A stretch of DNA of 53,632 nucleotides from Acanthaster planci. Taxonomy: Eukaryota. Location of the stretch: positions 3,592,827 to 3,646,458 of the forward strand of contig NW_019091359.1 of the NCBI RefSeq assembly GCF_001949145.1. The letters run 5' to 3'. The position numbers were made by a program, and so were the translations under genes. This document shows positions 47,391 to 53,632 of this stretch, one piece after another (positions within the stretch are counted from its first letter, which is position 1; each line of letters begins with the position of its first letter). A model generated the notes under the pieces. The model worked only from the letters and a program-made list of their open reading frames with translations. It did no database searches and had not been told where the DNA came from.

Positions 47391-49935
47391 TGTGACACAG
47401 GACAAGTAATTGGGTCTTTCGTTTAAAAAGGGGGCCAAATGTGTGACATGGTGGTCAAAATATCAAAATTGTCTGAACTAATTCAAAACTTGTTTATATG
47501 TAATTGATACATTCATGCAAAAAATGTAAATGATTTTGCTATGAATAAGACTCAATTTGTGCAGTGGTGCAGCAAATTATTTGATGTGTAACACAGAAAT
47601 CAAATATGATGGTTCTATGCATGTCATTTTTTGTTAGCAAAGGTTTTTTTTTTAACTGTGGTCAGTTTTGTTTTGTTTACATACTATGTATTTTCATCAC
47701 AAGTTGTTTTTTCTAGATAGGGTTTCAGGTGTCATAAAAATGGACAACATTTTCCCCCAAAATTTACTTTTTGGCTATTTTTTGAATTGTTTTGCAAAGT
47801 TTCATTTGGTTTAACACAAAGCTGCTGAAATAGCAAATATATGGCACAGCTCATAGGTATGCATGTCATTTAGCTTGTGCACCTTTGCCAGAGACATGAA
47901 GTGTTTTGAAGTTTTTAGTTTGAAGAGCTTTATGACTCATTTCACGTGTAATGGAGAAACCGGTTCTCTGTTACACATGTGAAAACTGTCTCAATACAAA
48001 CATTAATTTACACTGGGAACTGCATTAGATTTTGTTTAACAATGGCGACAACATTTCATGTCTGCAGTCAATGAATAGAGATCTCAAATGAATTAGGGAT
48101 ACAAATATACTCTAAAACCTGTCCATATTTCTGAATGGGAATTAATGCGAAGCAATTTTGATGTCATAAAACAATTACAATTGTCACCAAACATTGCACA
48201 TATTGCATAGGGTTCAACATTTGTGAATAAAAAAAGAAACCTTTTATAATGCAAATGAAGAAATATTTAGGATTTAGGCGTAAAAAAGAATTCTTGTTGA
48301 AGGAGAATCTTGTATTTAAAATGCTGTTATTAACGATGTTGGACTGTCATGACTGAACGGGTATAAAAATGTGTCATCCACTCACTGGCCTACTCGAAAG
48401 TTAAAAACATAACTTCTGTCTTTACTGAATAATGAAGAAAACTTTAAAGAATTCAGAGTTGCAGAGATACATGCAATTAGATGCCAGTTCACATTTTTAT
48501 GCAAGTGAAACGCGAAGAAAGTTTGATGTCACGAAGCATTTATGCCAAAAAGTTCAACAAAATCCCCACATCCAATTTTGTGATTCGAGCTGTACATGCT
48601 AATGTACATGTATGTTGAGGGCTAGCGCCGGCCTAGCGGACCATTCGCAAAATAGCACCAGCATGCCGAGTCGGCGCGGCACACGCACACTGGTGACTGT
48701 TTCCCGAGAGGCGTAATGTACATTGCACTGTTTTGATGTGGTCATAGCCACCAAACGTTCCGCTGCTCACAAGACAGTTGCTGGCGCACGTGTACGGACT
48801 TTACATGGCACGCTGTAAATGGACCGCTGGGCCGGTGTGTCGTGACATTATTAATGGACATTAGCATACAGGTAAACTCGCAAAATGAAAAAATGGGACT
48901 TCCAGCTTAACGACAAGCATTTCCGATTTGAAGGGGAAAAATGTTTCCTTTCTTCCATACGCTCATTTTTATTTGTGAGTTTAAAGTGGCTATCATGCTT
49001 CTTTTTTCGGCAAATAAGTTGAGTTTCAGGTAAATTTTTTCTTCATGTCTTGAGAAGAAACATTCCTGGTAACTTTTTGTCACAGCGTAACGTATGAGTA
49101 ACGAAAACTTTGATAAAAATTTCTTGATGAAGGAATGGCGGGAACATGGCGTGTCTGTGTGATGTGACGGTCACGTGACAGCGCATGCAGGCTTGCGATA
49201 TGATTCCGACTTGGGCGAACATTGGAAGTTGTACAAACTGTTTTGTTTACAACGTAATGATTTCGCAAGTAACCAAAATATTTTTGGACGAGAATTGACA
49301 GGGATATCTTCAGAAATGTTTGGGATCTCAGATACGAGTTAGTAGGAGGTATTTTTGGGGTACTTAGAGTTGATATTTTAGGTTTTCAAAATGAATCACA
49401 ACAGCTTTTTTTTTAACAGCCAAAGATGATTTTAACTTGGTAACAACTGGAGGAATGGAATGTTACGTTGTTATATCAGATTATGATGGCACCTACATTC
49501 TCAATTAGAATGAATTTCATTTGAAGATTTATCCGATATCATAATTTACCTCTCTGTTGATAGGTTAGTCAGAAAATAAACGATTTATTTGTTTTGCCAG
49601 TGGTATGAAATGTCTTATGAAACAGGTCATCAAAAAGTCACACAGAATATCGAAAAAACAGTGAGAAATAATGAGGTTTTCCCTTGCAATTATTGTGTAA
49701 ATCAACTTTTTTTAACCCTAACAGTCCCAAATCCTCCAGTTTCAATATGATTTTACATACACCCTAGGGGGTTAGGGTTAATGTACTGGTAAATGAATTT
49801 AATGTGATCAACACATACATATGAAATTAAACGGGAAAGTGAAACTGGTCTTGTTTTAAATGGTCATGATAATTGTGATGTCCCTGAAATACACATTGGA
49901 CCCCATATTAAAAGAAAGACCCACTTACATGTACA
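47391..49935. mobile_element. Degenerate ~2.5-kb non-autonomous DNA transposon with nested elements
   Basis: ~45-bp imperfect inverted ends: AAGTAATTGGGTCTTTCGTTTAAAAAGGGGGCCAAATGTGT versus the reverse complement of ACACATTGGACCCCATATTAAAAGAAAGACCCACTTACAT; internal inverted pair at ~48575-48648 and ~48817-48890; boundaries approximate. Confidence 0.5.
49716..49777. mobile_element. 62-bp TTAA-flanked mini-element (copy 2)
   Basis: TTAA|CCCTAACAGTCCCAAATCCTCC...GGGGGTTAGGG|TTAA. Confidence 0.75.
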
Positions 49936-52900
49936 AGTATAAAGCACTTGTAATTATTTTTTACAAATACATGTACATGTAAAATAACGGAACCCATTTT
50001 GATTAAGTACCTCTCCAGCTATCCAAGCAGCATCAAACAATGATCACATGTACATTCTGAAATGAGAATGAAGAAATGAAGAATGATGTTTTAAGAAACC
50101 ACAGAGGAAGAGAGACCATGTCTCCTTCCTCCTAAGAGAGTAGACCTGCCTCCAGAATATGACTCACTGTCAAATATAAGGTTTATAGAAAACGTACGTA
50201 CAGGTACATACATGTACATTGACAGTGCCAGGTGGCTTGGCCCATGGGATGCATTTCTTGTCCAAAGTCACNNNNNNNNNNNNNNNNNNNNNNNNNNNNN
50301 NNNNNNNNNNNNNNNNNNNNNNNNNNNNNNNNNNNNNNNNNNNNNNNNNNNNNNNNNNNNNNNNNNNNNNNNNNNNNNNNNNNNNNNNNNNNNNNNNNNN
50401 NNNNNNNNNNNNNNNNNNNNNNNNNNNNNNNNNNNNNNNNNNNNNNNNNNNNNNNNNNNNNNNNNNNNNNNNNNNNNNNNNNNNNNNNNNNNNNNNNNNN
50501 NNNNNNNNNNNNNNNNNNNNNNNNNNNNNNNNNNNNNNNNNNNNNNNNNNNNNNNNNNNNNNNNNNNNNNNNNNNNNNNNNNNNNNNNNNNNNNNNNNNN
50601 NNNNNNNNNNNNNNNNNNNNNNNNNNNNNNNNNNNNNNNNNNNNNNNNNNNNNNNNNNNNNNNNNNNNNNNNNNNNNNNNNNNNNNNNNNNNNNNNNNNN
50701 NNNNNNNNNNNNNNNNNNNNNNNNNNNNNNNNNNNNNNNNNNNNNNNNNNNNNNNNNNNNNNNNNNNNNNNNNNNNNNNNNNNNNNNNNNNNNNNNNNNN
50801 NNNNNNNNNNNNNNNNNNNNNNNNNNNNNNNNNNNNNNNNAAATTCACTAGCCGAGCAAATCATGGCCCTGTTATCTGGTGTACTCTACATGTACATCTC
50901 AGCTCATGGCATTTGTAGTGATTTTTTTCCATGGAAGTACATGTATAATGCTCTTCCATTCAGCAAATTTATGAATATACCGTAGTGTAAGCAGTGTAAG
51001 TAAATGACCTGAAGTCTTGTATACTAAAACTTACTGAGTGTGAATATTGTTTTTAATTCCACAGGGGATCAAAGATTGAACAATGGATTGACTGCCGGGT
51101 CTTTCCATTGTATGAAAACAAAAGGCATTGTAAAACTGAAAAGAAAAGGAGGTTACTTTGGGTTTCAGTCAACAGAGTGACCTGTGGTGTGTTTCTGAGA
51201 AATCTAATGATTGTACAGGTACTACCCTGTTGTGTGGGTTCACTGCATGTCCCTGTGTCCAGTAAAAACATGCAATGCCTACATGAATACATGTACATGT
51301 ACGTACAGTAGTTGTGTACACGTACACATACATGTATGCTTGTATTCATCATCATGTGGACTGATAATTTTTCTGATACTAAACAATATGAAAAGTTTTT
51401 GTGTCAGCAAGTTTTCAGAGAGGTTAAAGTCAGTATAGAACATAAATAGTCACGGCTTTACATTTTCGTTGACACATTAATTTGAACTGTTTGTACATAC
51501 TTTTATTACTGGTAGTCTGCTCACGTAATTGAACATAAAATATTATTGAGTTTGTTAACGTTTTCGTCACTTAACACGTACAGTAACATGTACCCCAATA
51601 TTTGATTTTTATTAAGCATTATTTTAAAAAAAGCTTAGAACTTACGAGTATACATGCAGGACTACCAGTATCATGAACCATTAACATGGGGACCATATTG
51701 CCAGGAACAATTTTAATTAGAACCGTGATGTGCATTTCAACATGAAAAGGATTCTGATCTGTTTAAAGCCTTGTTGCTCATCTTACAAAGGAGACAAATG
51801 TACACTTCATTCCTGTAGAATGTGCATTGTTTATGTTACAGTTGTTACCGTACATAATTTTGCTACAGTTTTGTACATGCACGGTTACCGGTATATTGTA
51901 CAGTAAGTTATGCAGTCACATGCGTCGTGAACTCAAATTAATAAGCTACAAATGTACTGTTGCCAAGTGATATACCGGTAGGCAAAAACATTATTGATTA
52001 GTTGCCAAGCCATTCAAGATACATGTAGATGTACCTCACACTTTCAAGCTGAATTGCCACTATTTCGCACTCAGTTTCATATGTGTGGTCCTTTTCAACA
52101 ACCGAATTCTACCGGTGTATGGGTATCACTCAATTTTATTGTTGAATAATATTAAATGTGTAGAGTATGGAGGTGTAAGCTGCCTCAGTCATGCGTGTGT
52201 CAGAGCAGTACATGCATACAGTTAGAGACTCCACAAGGTGGTCTTTCATGAAAACCTACAGTTGCTAGGTCATTCTATTCAACCCATTTGTTTGCTGAAG
52301 GCACCTTGCTATTCACCTGTTGACTGATCCCACATTAATACTAAACTCTCTACTGGCTTTGTTGTGCAGTACAAAGTGCATTTAATTTGTGTACATGTAC
52401 TGGTACGTTATACCTGTACAGAAGAGATGAGTTCATGCAAGTGTAAACTACAGGAGTTGCACTTCATTGAATTCATTATGAAAATAGCAAATTATGTGAA
52501 TAACAGCTATCAATATCTGTTGAAATTGATTACTTGAGTGTATCCATGTAGCGTACCGTACATGTGTACCAGCAGAGTTAAATTTACATGCATGTACATG
52601 TACACCTCATATTGATTTTGCCATGCAGAACATTGACTGGTCTTGACAATTATGCACATTATGCAAATAAATGCGCATTGATACGGTACATGTACATGTA
52701 GGTAGTTGACATATCGTAAATGTACATGTACTCGTACATGGTTCATTAGACGATTTTAATTTCTAATTGTGTACAATACTGATATACTGGTACATGTACA
52801 TGTAGATGTGTACTGGTTCATGTGTACACCTACAAATTTACTGTAATAATTACATGTATCTAAGGGGCGTAAACTATTCTGCAATAATACACCTGTAAAC

Positions 52901-53407
52901 ATGTATCAAAGCAATCAGCATTTTTCAACGAAAAATTCCATTGCCACATTGGAACCAACCAAGTTACCGGTATCTGCATACCGGTACATGTACATGTACA
53001 TGTACATGTATATAATGCAGGTAGAAAAAATATGTTCAATGTGAGTACAAATGCACATTGGCTCTTGACATGTACATTGTAAATTTGTACATGTACTTTT
53101 TGAAGTTGTTCCTGCAGTTATTACATGTACACTGTGATTCTGTGCTTTATCTAAGGTGTTCTTGACTAGTGGATGGATGAAACAAATGAGTACTGAAATT
53201 ACTGTACCCCTGAATTGACCCATTAATTTTGGCTGGTGGTCCTTAGGGGACATTGATAAACAAACTGTCACATATTTGCCATACTGTGAATAATTTTGGA
53301 AGGACTGAACAGGATTCAAATGACTGGCTCTTACAAATGAAATATTATGCTGCTTTAGCCTTAAGTACACAAACATGCATCATGGAACACTTTGATAACA
53401 GATGATC

Positions 53408-53521
53408 TTTACTGTCATGGTTAACAGTGTAGAAGTACTGTACTACGGTGGCCCTTCACTGGTCTAATTTTACTGTTATGGTTAACAGTGTAGAAGTACT
53501 GTACGGTGGCCCTTCACTGGT
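53408..53521. repeat. ~61-bp tandem duplication
   Basis: TTTACTGT(C/T)ATGGTTAACAGTGTAGAAGTACTGTAC...GGTGGCCCTTCACTGGT, two copies. Confidence 0.9.
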
Positions 53522-53632
53522 TAAGATGAGTTCGATGGGAGAAGCTGGTAGGGGTTGTGTTAATTACATGTACATTTTAGGTGCCTGACACACGATAAAA
53601 AACTGGTCATACCAGCACATGTACATGTACAT

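Noticed and set aside
42413..53632. Further MAGI exons (guanylate kinase or WW domains)
   Set aside because: No matching peptide recognised. The ORFs here are MYMY/HVHV artefacts of TACATG repeats, so exon 2 probably lies beyond the window or in the gap.

Overview
AT-rich, intron-rich animal genomic DNA with four assembly gaps. It is probably an invertebrate deuterostome, possibly an echinoderm such as a sea star; this is a tentative inference from protein similarity, intron positions and repeat style. I reconstructed three genes by hand from splice signals and translation. (1) Histidine ammonia-lyase HAL (+, 20 coding exons, 6423..26001, 649 aa, MIO Ala-Ser-Gly intact). It has two U12 minor-spliceosome introns, a 28-nt microexon, a candidate mutually exclusive 16-nt microexon and a C-terminal KRKRVK NLS-like tail. 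(2) Urocanate hydratase UROC1 (-, 18 coding exons, 39421..29519, 676 aa) lies tail-to-tail with HAL, so steps 1 and 2 of histidine catabolism are immediate neighbours. (3) The first coding exon (PDZ0) of a MAGI scaffold gene (+, 42100..42412) is head-to-head with UROC1 and continues beyond the window. Introns and flanks hold L2 LINE remnants, two solo LTRs with TSDs, a tRNA-derived SINE, several MITE-type elements and tandem repeats. I saw no CRISPR array, rRNA or complete tRNA. Comparisons with human and bacterial proteins are from memory and were not run as searches.
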